A DNA stretch of 64,000 nt from Candidatus Dormiibacter spiritus (lineage in GTDB: Bacteria; Chloroflexota; Dormibacteria; Dormibacterales; Dormibacteraceae). How positions within the stretch are numbered: position 1 is the first letter of the stretch; each line of letters begins with the position of its first letter. The notes under the pieces were generated by a model that saw nothing but the letters and a program-made list of their open reading frames with translations, searched no databases and was not told the DNA's origin. Location of the stretch: contig QHBT01000010.1 of the NCBI GenBank assembly GCA_003244185.1, positions 29,726-93,725 on the forward strand, in the 5' to 3' direction. Made by a program: the position numbers and the translations under genes. This document shows positions 1-9,465 of the stretch, in pieces.

Positions 1-10
1 GCCCCAGCGG

Positions 11-2017
11 TTGCCTGACCCCGAGGCCAAGGAGACCCGCCAGTCGCCCCAGCCGGCGAGCCCAGCGCAGGCAGCGTCCCCCGGCGACCGCTCCCCCGAT
101 CGGCGCTCTCAACCCGAGGGAGCCGTCCTCCCGCCCGCTCCGGAGCTGGTGAGCCTCAGCATCGACGGCCAGGAGATCTCCGTCGCCAAGGGCACGCTGA
201 TTGTGGAGGCGGCGCGGCGGCTGGGAATCGAGATCCCTGTCTTCTGCTACCACCACAAACTGGATCCGGTGGGCGCCTGCCGGCTCTGCCTCTGTGAGAT
301 CAGTCCCGGTCCGCCCAAACCGCAGACCGCCTGCACGACGCCTGTCGCGCAGGGCATGAAGGTACAGACCAACACCCAGCTGGCGGTGAGCGCTCGCGCT
401 GACATCCTCGAGTACGAGCTGGTCAACCATCCGCTGGACTGTCCTGTCTGCGACAAGGGTGGCGAGTGCCCGCTGCAGGATTACACCTTTCGCCATGGCT
501 ATCCAACCAGCCGGATCGACGCTCCGCGGCTGCATTTCCAGAAACCGATTCCCCTCTCGCCCCGGATCGCCCTAGACCGCGAGCGCTGCGTGCTCTGCTA
601 CCGCTGCACGCGCTACTACGACGAGATCGCCTGGGAGCAGGAGCTGACGACCGACCAGCGCGGCGCGCACGCCTTCATCACCAGCCAGTTCGGAGAACCC
701 CTCCAGTCGGTCTTCAGCGGCAACATCATCGACCTCTGTCCGGTCGGGGCTCTGACCAGCCGCGTCTGGCGCTTCGAGTCGCGCCCCTGGGACATGAACC
801 ACACCTTCTCGGTCTGCTCGCGCTGCTCGGTCGGCTGCAACGTGACGCTCTGGGAGCGGCGCCACCAACTGGTCAGGGTGACCTCCCACGAGAACGACGC
901 AATCGATGATGGCTGGATCTGTGACAGAGGCCGCTTCGAGTACACAGAGGTCAATGCCCCGGAGCGGCTGCGCCAGCCCCAGGTGGGGGGCCAGCCCGCC
1001 ACCTGGGAGGCCTCGCTGCAGGCGGTGGCGGAGGGCTTGAAAGGTCGGCGGCTCGGCATGTCGCTTCGCCGCGATGTGACCAACGAGGAGCTCTACCTGC
1101 TGAGCCGGCTGCTGGCCGGTCCTCTGCAGGGCGCCCGGGTGGCGATGGAGAATCGGACCTGTCTGCCCCCACCCCAGGGCGAGACACTGCGCATCGAGGA
1201 GCTCGACACCTGCAAAGCCATAGTCGTGCTCGGCGCCGACCCGGAGAAGGAGACGCCCATCGTCGACCTTCGGATCAAGAAGGCTGTCAAGAAGCTCGGC
1301 GCCAAGCTGCTGCTGGTCAACGCCGCCGACCTCGACCTCGACCGATGGGGCGACGCAGTGCACATTCGGCCCGGCGATGCCGGCCTGGCCGCGACCGCCA
1401 GGCAGCTGATTGGCCATGAGCTGCTCCAGTCAGGCCCCGTCGGCATAGTCCACGGCCACTACCCCGCCGACGAGGCCGCGACCGCGGAACTGGTAGCGGC
1501 CGCCCAGGAGCTCGCCGGTAGCTGCGGCGCCAAGGTCATGCCGCTCTACCAGGCGACCAATGAGCGCGGGGCACTGATCACAGGGGTGGTCGGGAAACCC
1601 GATGACCTGGTCGGCTGCGACGCAGTCCTCTGCTTCGGACCGCCTGCAGTCCCCCTGCCCTCCTCGGCCGGGTTCGTGGTCGTCTGGGATACTGTGCTGC
1701 GCCCGGCGCAGGGCAGGCCTGACGTGATTCTGCCGGCGCTCAGCTTTGCGGAAACGCAGGGCAGCTACACCAATCTGGAGGGTCGGGTCCAGTTCCTGCG
1801 GCCGCCCCTGGAGGTGCGCCAACCACTGCGGGAGAGCTGGGACGTGCTCTGTGATTTGGGCGTACGTCTGGGTCTGGCCGAATTCAGCCGCTATGCCGGC
1901 ATCTTTCAGATCCAGAGGGCGGCCGCCGCAACCTTCCCCGACCTCGCGGCGCTGGCCGACCCGCCAGCACCCGAAGCGCCGCCTCGGCCGGTGCTCCTCG
2001 GAGCCTCGCGGCCGTGA
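11..2017 (+). CDS. nuoG: NADH-quinone oxidoreductase subunit G (NuoG). Start uncertain: the frame is open to the window edge, and GTG at 149 is an alternative.
   Basis: Fe-S cluster cysteine motifs typical of the 75-kDa subunit (CYHHKLDPVGACRLC, HPLDCPVCDKGGEC, CVLCYRCTRY). It is first in a contiguous nuoG-N gene order. Confidence 0.9.
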   Translation: MPDPEAKETRQSPQPASPAQAASPGDRSPDRRSQPEGAVLPPAPELVSLSIDGQEISVAKGTLIVEAARRLGIEIPVFCYHHKLDPVGACRLCLCEISPGPPKPQTACTTPVAQGMKVQTNTQLAVSARADILEYELVNHPLDCPVCDKGGECPLQDYTFRHGYPTSRIDAPRLHFQKPIPLSPRIALDRERCVLCYRCTRYYDEIAWEQELTTDQRGAHAFITSQFGEPLQSVFSGNIIDLCPVGALTSRVWRFESRPWDMNHTFSVCSRCSVGCNVTLWERRHQLVRVTSHENDAIDDGWICDRGRFEYTEVNAPERLRQPQVGGQPATWEASLQAVAEGLKGRRLGMSLRRDVTNEELYLLSRLLAGPLQGARVAMENRTCLPPPQGETLRIEELDTCKAIVVLGADPEKETPIVDLRIKKAVKKLGAKLLLVNAADLDLDRWGDAVHIRPGDAGLAATARQLIGHELLQSGPVGIVHGHYPADEAATAELVAAAQELAGSCGAKVMPLYQATNERGALITGVVGKPDDLVGCDAVLCFGPPAVPLPSSAGFVVVWDTVLRPAQGRPDVILPALSFAETQGSYTNLEGRVQFLRPPLEVRQPLRESWDVLCDLGVRLGLAEFSRYAGIFQIQRAAAATFPDLAALADPPAPEAPPRPVLLGASRP

Positions 2018-3063
2018 GGTCGACTGTGTTCCTGGTGCCACCCGACCCGTTCGGCGTCTATAGCAACCCGATCGGCCACTGGTTGGTGGTCGTGATTGCG
2101 ATGGTGATGCTGGTTTTTGTGCTGCTCACCGCCACTGCCTACACCGTCTACTACGAACGCCGGGTGCTCGGCTTCATCCAGAACCGGCCGGGTCCCAACC
2201 GCGTGGGACCGCTGGGCCTCCTGCAGCTGGCGGCGGACGGCTTGAAGATCGCTTTCAAGGAGAGCTTCGCGCCCGTCGGCGTCGACCCCCTGCTCTATGT
2301 GCTGGCGCCGGGGATCATCGTAGTGGCGGCTTTTCTCTCCTGGGCCGTGATTCCGATCGGACTCAGCGACAGCTTCACCTACTGGATCGCCAACCTGAAC
2401 ATCGGCATTCTATTTGTCTTTGCGGTGGGCTCGATGAGCGCCTACGCCACACTGCTGGGCGGCTGGTCTTCGAACAACAAGTACTCCCTGCTGGGCGGGC
2501 TCAGAGCGGCGGCACAGTTGATCAGCTACGAGATGGCGTTGGGTCTCTCGCTGGTGCCGATCTTCATGATCACCGGCTCGCTGCGCCTGCAGGACATCGC
2601 GAGCTACAGCGTTCAGCTGGGTCCCTACCACGGCCCCCTGCCGCTCATCGTCGTGGCCCCGGTCAGCTTCGTCATCTACTTCATCTCGGCGGTGGCCGAG
2701 ACCAACCGCACGCCCTTCGACCTGCCCGAAGCCGAACAGGAGCTGATCGGCGGCTATCTGACCGAGTACTCGGGCTTGAAGTTCCTCTGCTTCTATCTGG
2801 GCGAGTACATAAACATGATCACAACCTCAGCGCTGGCGGTGCTCATCTTCTTCGCCGGCTGGCATCCCACCTTCGGCTTCCTGCCGGCCATTCTGACCTT
2901 CGCCGTCAAGGTGGTGCTAGTCCTCTTCATCTACATCTGGCTCCGGGCCACGCTTCCCCGGCTGCGCTACGACATGCTGATGCGTTTGGGCTGGAAGTTC
3001 CTCCTACCGCTGGCCATCGCCAACGTGGTGGTCACAGCGGTGATAGTGGTGGCGGTTTCCTAG
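2014..3063 (+). CDS. nuoH: NADH-quinone oxidoreductase subunit H
   Basis: Polytopic membrane protein with the NuoH/ND1-like segment YERRVLGFIQNRPGPNRVGPLGLLQ. There is a 4-nt overlap with nuoG. Confidence 0.95.
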   Translation: MRSTVFLVPPDPFGVYSNPIGHWLVVVIAMVMLVFVLLTATAYTVYYERRVLGFIQNRPGPNRVGPLGLLQLAADGLKIAFKESFAPVGVDPLLYVLAPGIIVVAAFLSWAVIPIGLSDSFTYWIANLNIGILFVFAVGSMSAYATLLGGWSSNNKYSLLGGLRAAAQLISYEMALGLSLVPIFMITGSLRLQDIASYSVQLGPYHGPLPLIVVAPVSFVIYFISAVAETNRTPFDLPEAEQELIGGYLTEYSGLKFLCFYLGEYINMITTSALAVLIFFAGWHPTFGFLPAILTFAVKVVLVLFIYIWLRATLPRLRYDMLMRLGWKFLLPLAIANVVVTAVIVVAVS

Positions 3064-3067
3064 CGCG

Positions 3068-3568
3068 ATGAATGAGAAGACGGGCGAGCAGAACGTTCTC
3101 AGGGATGTAGCGGCGCTGGGCGTCGGCCTCAGGACCACGCTCAGGGAGATGTTCCAGCCCCAGGTCACGCTGAGCTACCCGGAGGAGAAGAAGCCTCGCT
3201 CAGCGCGCTACCGAGGCCGTCACTATCTGCGCCGCTACGACAACGGTCTCGAGCGCTGCATAGGCTGTGAGCTGTGCGCCGCCAACTGCCCCGTCGGCTG
3301 CATCCTGGTCATCGCCGCCGAGAACTCGGAGGAGCACAGGGTCAGCCCGGGAGAGCGCTATGCGAAGGTCTACGAAATCAACATGCTGCGCTGCATCTTC
3401 TGTGGCTACTGCGAGGAGGCCTGCCCCGTGCAGGCGATCGTGCTGGGTCCCGAGTACGAGCTGTCAGAAGTGAGCCGCGAGCGCTCGATCTATACGAAGC
3501 CGATGCTGCTGGAGCCGGATCCCGGACCTCATCCTGACCAGCAAGAACCGATCCGGGTCGGGGGCTAG
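3068..3568 (+). CDS. nuoI: NADH-quinone oxidoreductase subunit I
   Basis: Two 4Fe-4S ferredoxin motifs, CIGCELCAANCP and CIFCGYCEEACP, and its position within the nuo operon. Confidence 0.95.
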   Translation: MNEKTGEQNVLRDVAALGVGLRTTLREMFQPQVTLSYPEEKKPRSARYRGRHYLRRYDNGLERCIGCELCAANCPVGCILVIAAENSEEHRVSPGERYAKVYEINMLRCIFCGYCEEACPVQAIVLGPEYELSEVSRERSIYTKPMLLEPDPGPHPDQQEPIRVGG

Positions 3569-3574
3569 GCTTTT

Positions 3575-4117
3575 GTGAGCCTGGCGGGCGTTCTCTTCTA
3601 TGTGCTTGCCCTCATAGCCGTGCTGGGCGGCGTCGGGGTGGTGATCTCGAAGGAGCCCGTGCGCTCGGTCCTGAGCTTGGTGGGCGTGATGCTGGCCCTG
3701 GCCGGCCTGTTCCTGATGCTCTCGGCCCAGTTCGTCTTTGCGGTCCAGATCATTGTCTACGCGGGCGCCGTGATGGTGCTGTTCCTCTTCGTGGTCGCCC
3801 TGCTGGGCCCCATCCGGGAGGGCCCGAGCGGCCCGCTGAAGCTGCACTGGGCGTATCTGGTGGTAGTCCTGGCGCCGCTCACGATCGGGCTCTGGGCGCT
3901 CCTGAACCAGATCCAGTTTCGCAAGCCTGACGGCCTCGACATCACGTTCTTCGGCACCGTCGAGCAGATCGGCTACGGCCTCTTCACCACCTACCTCTAT
4001 CCCTTCGAGCTGACCTCAATCCTGCTCCTCATCGCTGCCGTGGGCGCCATCTACCTGAGCCGCGGCGGTCGCAGCGCCGAGGAGGAACGAGAAGGCGTGG
4101 AGGGTCGCAGTGTCTGA
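3575..4117 (+). CDS. nuoJ: NADH-quinone oxidoreductase subunit J
   Basis: Hydrophobic 180-aa protein between nuoI and nuoK. GTG start. Confidence 0.9.
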   Translation: MSLAGVLFYVLALIAVLGGVGVVISKEPVRSVLSLVGVMLALAGLFLMLSAQFVFAVQIIVYAGAVMVLFLFVVALLGPIREGPSGPLKLHWAYLVVVLAPLTIGLWALLNQIQFRKPDGLDITFFGTVEQIGYGLFTTYLYPFELTSILLLIAAVGAIYLSRGGRSAEEEREGVEGRSV

Positions 4118-4451
4118 CTACGGCCAGCTGCAGATCGGCAACGCCGGCAGCGTGGACGCCGTCCAGTTCCTGCTCTTGGGCGCAGTGCTGTTCGTCATTG
4201 GAGCCATCGGCGTCATCATCCGCCGCAATCCGTTGGTGATTCTGGTCTCGATCGAGCTCATGCTCAACGCCGTCAACCTGACGCTCATCACCTTCGCCCG
4301 ACAGCTGCACAACACCGAGGGACAGCTGTTCGCGCTTCTGACCATGGTGGTGGCCGCGGCGGAGGCGGTGGTCGGCCTGGCGGTGCTTGTCGACGTCTTC
4401 CGTACCCGCGACGTCGACGACGTTGATGAGCTGAGCGAGCTGAAGGGTTGA
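4110..4451 (+). CDS. nuoK: NADH-quinone oxidoreductase subunit K
   Basis: 113-aa three-helix membrane protein (ND4L-like) in the operon position. Confidence 0.9.
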   Translation: MSDYGQLQIGNAGSVDAVQFLLLGAVLFVIGAIGVIIRRNPLVILVSIELMLNAVNLTLITFARQLHNTEGQLFALLTMVVAAAEAVVGLAVLVDVFRTRDVDDVDELSELKG

Positions 4452-6361
4452 GCACTCTTCAGTTGGTGGCGCTGGCAGTCCTGGCGCTGCCGGCGCTGGG
4501 CGCGCTGGCGCTGGCGATCGGCGCCCTGCGGATCCCGCGCGGGGCCATCCGGGTGATCGGTCCGGGAGCGGTCTGGGCGGCGTTCATCTGCGTGGTGAAC
4601 CTCTTGCTCGACTCGCTGGCTCACTCCCAGCCCCACGACTTCAGCTACTGGACCTGGATCCGAAGCGGCGACTTCCAGCTGCCGTTCGACCTCCTGGTCG
4701 ATCGGCTCTCCATCTTCATGTGCCTCGTCATCACCGGAGTGGGCGGTCTGATAGTCACGTACGCCGTCGGCTACATGGAGCATGAGACTGACGGCAGCTA
4801 CGCTCGCTTCTTTGCCTACATGGACCTGTTCGTGCTCTCGATGCTCCTCCTGGTCCTGGCCGGCAACTTCCTGTTCCTGATCGTCGGCTGGGCGGGCGTG
4901 GGCCTCAGCTCGTATCTCCTGATCGGCTTCTACTACTGGCGCAACTCGGCGGTCGTGGCGGCGCGCAAGGCTTTCATCATGAACGTGATAGGCGACATCG
5001 GCCTCATCCTGGCGGCCTTCGCAATCTTTCTTACCTACCATGCTGTCACCTTTGTCGGCGTCTTCCAGCGGCTGGGCGGCAGCGACAGCTTTACTCTGGA
5101 GCTGATCGCCTTCCTGCTCCTGGTAGGTGGCATCGCCAAGTCCGCCCAGCTTCCGCTTCACACCTGGCTGCCTGATGCGATGGAGGGCCCGACCCCCGTC
5201 TCGGCGCTCATCCACGCGGCGACCATGGTGACCGCCGGCGTCTACCTGGTCGGCCGGATGCACCCGATCTACGATGTCGCCCTCTACGCCCATGGGACTG
5301 TGGCGGTGATCGGCGCCGCCTCGGCGCTGTTTGCGGCGACAGTGGCTCTGGTCCAGACGGACATCAAGCGAGTGCTCGCCTATTCGACCATGAGCCAGAT
5401 CGGTTACATGTTTTTAGGCGTCGGCGTCGGCGCCTACGCGGCCGCCTTCTTCCACCTGCTGTCCCACGCCTTCTTCAAGGCCCTCCTCTTCATGAGCGCC
5501 GGCAACGTGATTCATGCCATGCACGACGAGCAGGACATGCGCCGATTCGGCGGCCTCTGGCGCCAGCTGCGGCCCACCTCCATCGCCTTTCTGATCGGCT
5601 CCCTCTCGCTGGTCGGGATCATCCCGCTGGTCGGATTCTTCTCCAAGGAGCTGATCCTCGGCGACGCCTTCAGCAAGCCAGGGGGCAGCGGCTTCCCCCA
5701 GCTGATGTGGCTGGTCGGTTTCGCGACCGCGATCCTGACGGGCTTCTACACGGGTCGTATGTGGTGGCTTGCCTTCTGGGGTCCGCCTTCCCCCGACCGC
5801 GCGGTCGCCGAACCGCACGAGGCCCCGCGGGTGATGCTGTGGCCGGTGCTGATCCTGGCCGGCTGCACAGTCTTGGGCGGCCTGCTCCAGACCAGCGCGC
5901 TCAGCTCGCAGGGCCCCAAGCTGATCGAGGAGTTCCTTTCGCCGGCGGTCGGCAGGCTCGGCTGGGAGGCCAATCCGCTGGAGCTGCTTGCCACCGCGGC
6001 GACGCTTTTTTTGGGGGCGGGCGCATTCTGGCTCGCCAGATATTTCTATGTGGAGAAGCGCTTCGCTCCCTGGTCGCAGCGCTTGCCGGGTGCTCAGCGG
6101 GTTCTGGAGCACAAGTACTACTTCGATGAGGCCTACAACGCAGTCTTCGTGCGGGGCCTGGACGCGCTGGCCAGGGGCGGGGAGCGGCTGCTGGAAAACC
6201 CGGTCTTCGACGGCAGCGTCGATGGCGTCGGCACCGGAGCCGAGGCTGCCGCCGGTGGGCTGTCGCTCACCCAGACGGGCTTCTTCCGGAACTATGCTTT
6301 CGTCTTCGTGGCGGGCGTTGTGGTCGCCGGCGGGCTGCTTCTGATCAGGCTGGCGACCTGA
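4448..6361 (+). CDS. nuoL: NADH-quinone oxidoreductase subunit L
   Basis: Antiporter-like subunit with HTWLPDAMEGPTPVSALIHAATMV. 637 aa. Confidence 0.95.
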   Translation: MSTLQLVALAVLALPALGALALAIGALRIPRGAIRVIGPGAVWAAFICVVNLLLDSLAHSQPHDFSYWTWIRSGDFQLPFDLLVDRLSIFMCLVITGVGGLIVTYAVGYMEHETDGSYARFFAYMDLFVLSMLLLVLAGNFLFLIVGWAGVGLSSYLLIGFYYWRNSAVVAARKAFIMNVIGDIGLILAAFAIFLTYHAVTFVGVFQRLGGSDSFTLELIAFLLLVGGIAKSAQLPLHTWLPDAMEGPTPVSALIHAATMVTAGVYLVGRMHPIYDVALYAHGTVAVIGAASALFAATVALVQTDIKRVLAYSTMSQIGYMFLGVGVGAYAAAFFHLLSHAFFKALLFMSAGNVIHAMHDEQDMRRFGGLWRQLRPTSIAFLIGSLSLVGIIPLVGFFSKELILGDAFSKPGGSGFPQLMWLVGFATAILTGFYTGRMWWLAFWGPPSPDRAVAEPHEAPRVMLWPVLILAGCTVLGGLLQTSALSSQGPKLIEEFLSPAVGRLGWEANPLELLATAATLFLGAGAFWLARYFYVEKRFAPWSQRLPGAQRVLEHKYYFDEAYNAVFVRGLDALARGGERLLENPVFDGSVDGVGTGAEAAAGGLSLTQTGFFRNYAFVFVAGVVVAGGLLLIRLAT

Positions 6362-7905
6362 TGCTCACAGCGATCTGGCTCCTCCCGGTGGCCGGGGCGC
6401 TGGCGGTGGCGCTGCTGCCCCGCCATCTGGCCAAGCCGGCCGGCCTGGGCGTTGCCGGGCTGACCCTGCTGCTCACGCTGCTGCTGGCGGTCACCTTCGA
6501 CCCTGGCCACCGCGGCTACCAGTTGGAGGAGAACCTGCCCTGGGTCGATCAGTACAAGGTCGCCTATCACCTCGGCGTCGACGGCATCAGCCTCTGGCTG
6601 CTGGTGCTGAACGCCCTACTGACTGTGATCGCCATCCTGGCCACCGGCCCCCGGCTGCGGCGGCTCCGCGGCTTCATAGCCATGCTGCTCTTCCTGGCGG
6701 GCTGCATGGCCGGCATCTTTCTGGCCGCCGACCTGCTGCTCTTCTACGTTTTCTGGGAGGTCCAGCTGATCCCCGCCTACTTCCTGCTCTGGCAGTGGGG
6801 CGAGGGCCGCTCCGGCCGGGCGGCGCTCAAGTTCATCCTCTACACGCTCGTGGGCTCTTTGCTGGCGCTGGTCGGCGTGATCGGCGAGTACATCTATGCC
6901 GGCAACACGTTCCAGCTCGCAGATCTGGCGGCACACCCACCGACGCCTGCCATCCAGTTCGGTCTGTTCCTGCTGCTCGGACTTGCCTTCGCCATCAAGG
7001 TGCCCCTCTTCCCCTTCCACGGCTGGCTGCCTGACGCCTACCGGGCGGCTCCTGCCGCGTTCCTGGTCACGTTCGCCGGCGTGATGGGCAAGACGGGCGC
7101 CTACGCCATGCTGCGGATTCTCATCCCTCTGCTGCCTCATCCAGTCTTCTGGTGGGACTGGAACGGCGTGATGCCCATTCTCGCGGTGATCGGGATCGCC
7201 TGGGGAGCGCTCTTGGCCCTCACTCAGCGCGACATGAAGATGGTCATCGCCTACTCCAGCGTCAGCCACATGGGCTTCATTGTGCTGGGCATCTTCTCCT
7301 TCAACCAGCCAGGTCAGCAGGGCGCCCTGATCCAGATGATCAACCACGGGGTGATAGTCCCCGCCCTCTTCCTGCTCGTCGCCTGGATCGGCGCTCGGAC
7401 GGGCTCGCGCGACCGCGCAGTGTTGAAGGACCTGGCTCCCCGGATGCCTGTGCTGGCGGGCATCTTTCTCATCGTCACGCTGGCCGCGCTGGGGCTGCCG
7501 GGGCTGAACAGCTTCGTAGGCGAGTTCATGACGCTTTTGGGAGCCTGGCAGTTCGCGCCCTGGCTGGCGGTGGCCGGCTGCATAGGGCTGCTGCTGGCGC
7601 CTGTCTACATGCTGCGGCTCTTTCAGGGCGTCATGTATGCGGCGCGGGGAGAGCAGCTCGGCGCGCCCAGCGCCGCGATCGCTGAAGGAGCGCACGGAAG
7701 CGAAGTGCGGACAGCAGCCGACGGTGGCGTAATCCAGTCGGTGACCGCAGTGGCAGCGCGCCCGGCGCGTCTGGACCTCGCTCGGGCCGAGTTGGGGATC
7801 CTGCTGCCGTTGGTGCTGCTCATGTTCGTGCTGGGGCTCTATCCCTACCTCATCACACAAGCGATGAACGCGCTCGCCTTCCCGCTGCCGGTGCCGTGGC
7901 GATGA
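6361..7905 (+). CDS. nuoM: NADH-quinone oxidoreductase subunit M
   Basis: Antiporter-like subunit with PLFPFHGWLPDAY. Follows nuoL. Confidence 0.95.
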   Translation: MLTAIWLLPVAGALAVALLPRHLAKPAGLGVAGLTLLLTLLLAVTFDPGHRGYQLEENLPWVDQYKVAYHLGVDGISLWLLVLNALLTVIAILATGPRLRRLRGFIAMLLFLAGCMAGIFLAADLLLFYVFWEVQLIPAYFLLWQWGEGRSGRAALKFILYTLVGSLLALVGVIGEYIYAGNTFQLADLAAHPPTPAIQFGLFLLLGLAFAIKVPLFPFHGWLPDAYRAAPAAFLVTFAGVMGKTGAYAMLRILIPLLPHPVFWWDWNGVMPILAVIGIAWGALLALTQRDMKMVIAYSSVSHMGFIVLGIFSFNQPGQQGALIQMINHGVIVPALFLLVAWIGARTGSRDRAVLKDLAPRMPVLAGIFLIVTLAALGLPGLNSFVGEFMTLLGAWQFAPWLAVAGCIGLLLAPVYMLRLFQGVMYAARGEQLGAPSAAIAEGAHGSEVRTAADGGVIQSVTAVAARPARLDLARAELGILLPLVLLMFVLGLYPYLITQAMNALAFPLPVPWR

Positions 7906-9401
7906 CTTTGCTGAGCACAGTGCCCCAGATCAACTACGGCGTCGGTCAGGCCTGGTCTGATCTGAGCCAGATCCTGCCCATCGCGTTGGTGGCGGTGGCG
8001 CTGCTGGTGGCCATAGTGCTCGACTTCAGCCTGCCCCAGCCTTTGCGCGGAACAGCAGCGGCCCTTACCGCGGCCGCCGGTTTGGCCCTCGCGCTGCTGG
8101 TGGCGGCGTTGCGCTTCGCGACAGGTGGTGGCGGCAGCGCCTACTCAGGCTTCGCCAGCGGCGACACCTTCGCCCTCTTCTTCGAGATGCTGCTGGCCGC
8201 GCTGGGACTCTTGAGCGTCGTCATCTCCCGCGTTTACGTGCGCCGCCGCAACCTGCTGGAAGCCGAGCTGCACGTGCTGCTTCTGGCCGCCGTCGCCGGC
8301 ATGATGGCGCTGGCATCGGCAACCTCGCTGGTCACCGTTTTCATCTCGCTGGAGACCCTCTCGGTGGCGCTCTACGTGGCGTGCGGCTACTCCCGCCGGG
8401 ACACCGCTTCGCAGGAGTCGGCGGTCAAGTATCTGCTGGTGGGCGGCTTCGCCAGCGCCTTTCTGCTCTACGGCATGGCACTTGCTTACGGCGCCACCGG
8501 CACGACTGTGCTGAGTGAGATCGGCAAGCGCGTCACCGAGCAGGACGCTCACAATCCGCTGCTGATCCTGAGCGTGATCCTGATGGCAGTCGGCTTTGGC
8601 TACAAGATCTCCGGGGCCCCATTTCATCAGTGGACGCCTGACGTGTACCAGGGCGCGCCGCTGCCGGTTACCGCCTTCATGTCGGTGGGCACAAAGGCTG
8701 CAGCGTTCGCCATGATCATCCGCGTCTTCGGTACGGGCCTGGCCCACCTGCAGGCGGAGTGGGCCCTGATCCTGGCCTTCATCGCGGTGGCCAGCATGCT
8801 GATCGGCAACCTGGCGGCAGTCGTCCAGACCAGCTTCAAGCGGCTGATGGCCTACTCCTCGGTCGCGCAGGGCGGCTACATGCTGGTGGGTGTGATAGCC
8901 GGTGGCAAGTCGGGCTTCGGCGCCACCCTGTTCTACCTGGGCGCCTACCTGTTCATGAACTTCGGCGCCTTCGCCGTGCTGACTGTGCTGGTCACACCCG
9001 AGGGGGAGCACGACCGCATCAGTGACCTTGACGGGCTGGGCTACAGACATCCGCTGCTGGGAGTCCTGCTCACCGCCTTCATGCTCTCCCTCGCCGGCTT
9101 CCCGCCCAGCCTGGGCTTTTTCGGCAAGCTGTTCCTCTTCACAGCGGGTGTGCAGAGCGGCTGGACGGCTGTAGTAGTTGTGGCGGTGCTCGCCAGCGTC
9201 ATCTCGGTGGCGTATTACGTGCGCGTGGTCTATCACGTCTGGTCGCCAGTCACCTCTGAGCGTCGGCTCTGGCGCTCGCCGGCCGCCGTCGGCGTCGTCA
9301 CAGTGACCGCTGTGATGGCGCTGGCGATCAGCCTCTATCCAGCGCTGGTCTTCGCCCTCGGCCTGACCGGAGCCGCTGACGCGCTGGCCGCCGGGCACTG
9401 A
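7896..9401 (+). CDS. nuoN: NADH-quinone oxidoreductase subunit N
   Basis: Antiporter-like subunit with GAPFHQWTPDVYQGAP. Last gene of the operon. Confidence 0.95.
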   Translation: MAMTLLSTVPQINYGVGQAWSDLSQILPIALVAVALLVAIVLDFSLPQPLRGTAAALTAAAGLALALLVAALRFATGGGGSAYSGFASGDTFALFFEMLLAALGLLSVVISRVYVRRRNLLEAELHVLLLAAVAGMMALASATSLVTVFISLETLSVALYVACGYSRRDTASQESAVKYLLVGGFASAFLLYGMALAYGATGTTVLSEIGKRVTEQDAHNPLLILSVILMAVGFGYKISGAPFHQWTPDVYQGAPLPVTAFMSVGTKAAAFAMIIRVFGTGLAHLQAEWALILAFIAVASMLIGNLAAVVQTSFKRLMAYSSVAQGGYMLVGVIAGGKSGFGATLFYLGAYLFMNFGAFAVLTVLVTPEGEHDRISDLDGLGYRHPLLGVLLTAFMLSLAGFPPSLGFFGKLFLFTAGVQSGWTAVVVVAVLASVISVAYYVRVVYHVWSPVTSERRLWRSPAAVGVVTVTAVMALAISLYPALVFALGLTGAADALAAGH

Positions 9402-9416
9402 TCGGCCCAGACCCAC

Positions 9417-9443
9417 CAACGGCTGCAGCGCCAGCGGCCGTTG
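9417..9443. terminator. GC-rich 10-bp hairpin in the convergent nuoN/ggt-family gap; possible bidirectional terminator without a U-tract
   Basis: caacggctgc (9417-9426) pairs with gcggccgttg (9434-9443), with one G-U pair and a 7-nt loop. No T-run on either side. Confidence 0.3.
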
Positions 9444-9465
9444 CTGCCGTCTCTCGTAAAGCCGT

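Noticed and set aside
4118-5293. Long antisense ORFs opposite the nuo genes: 4118..5293, 6616..7860 and 8145..9482 (391-445 aa).
   Set aside because: These are typical high-GC shadow ORFs: Arg/Gly/Asp/His-rich low-complexity translations with no recognisable domains, fully overlapping well-supported nuoL/M/N genes.
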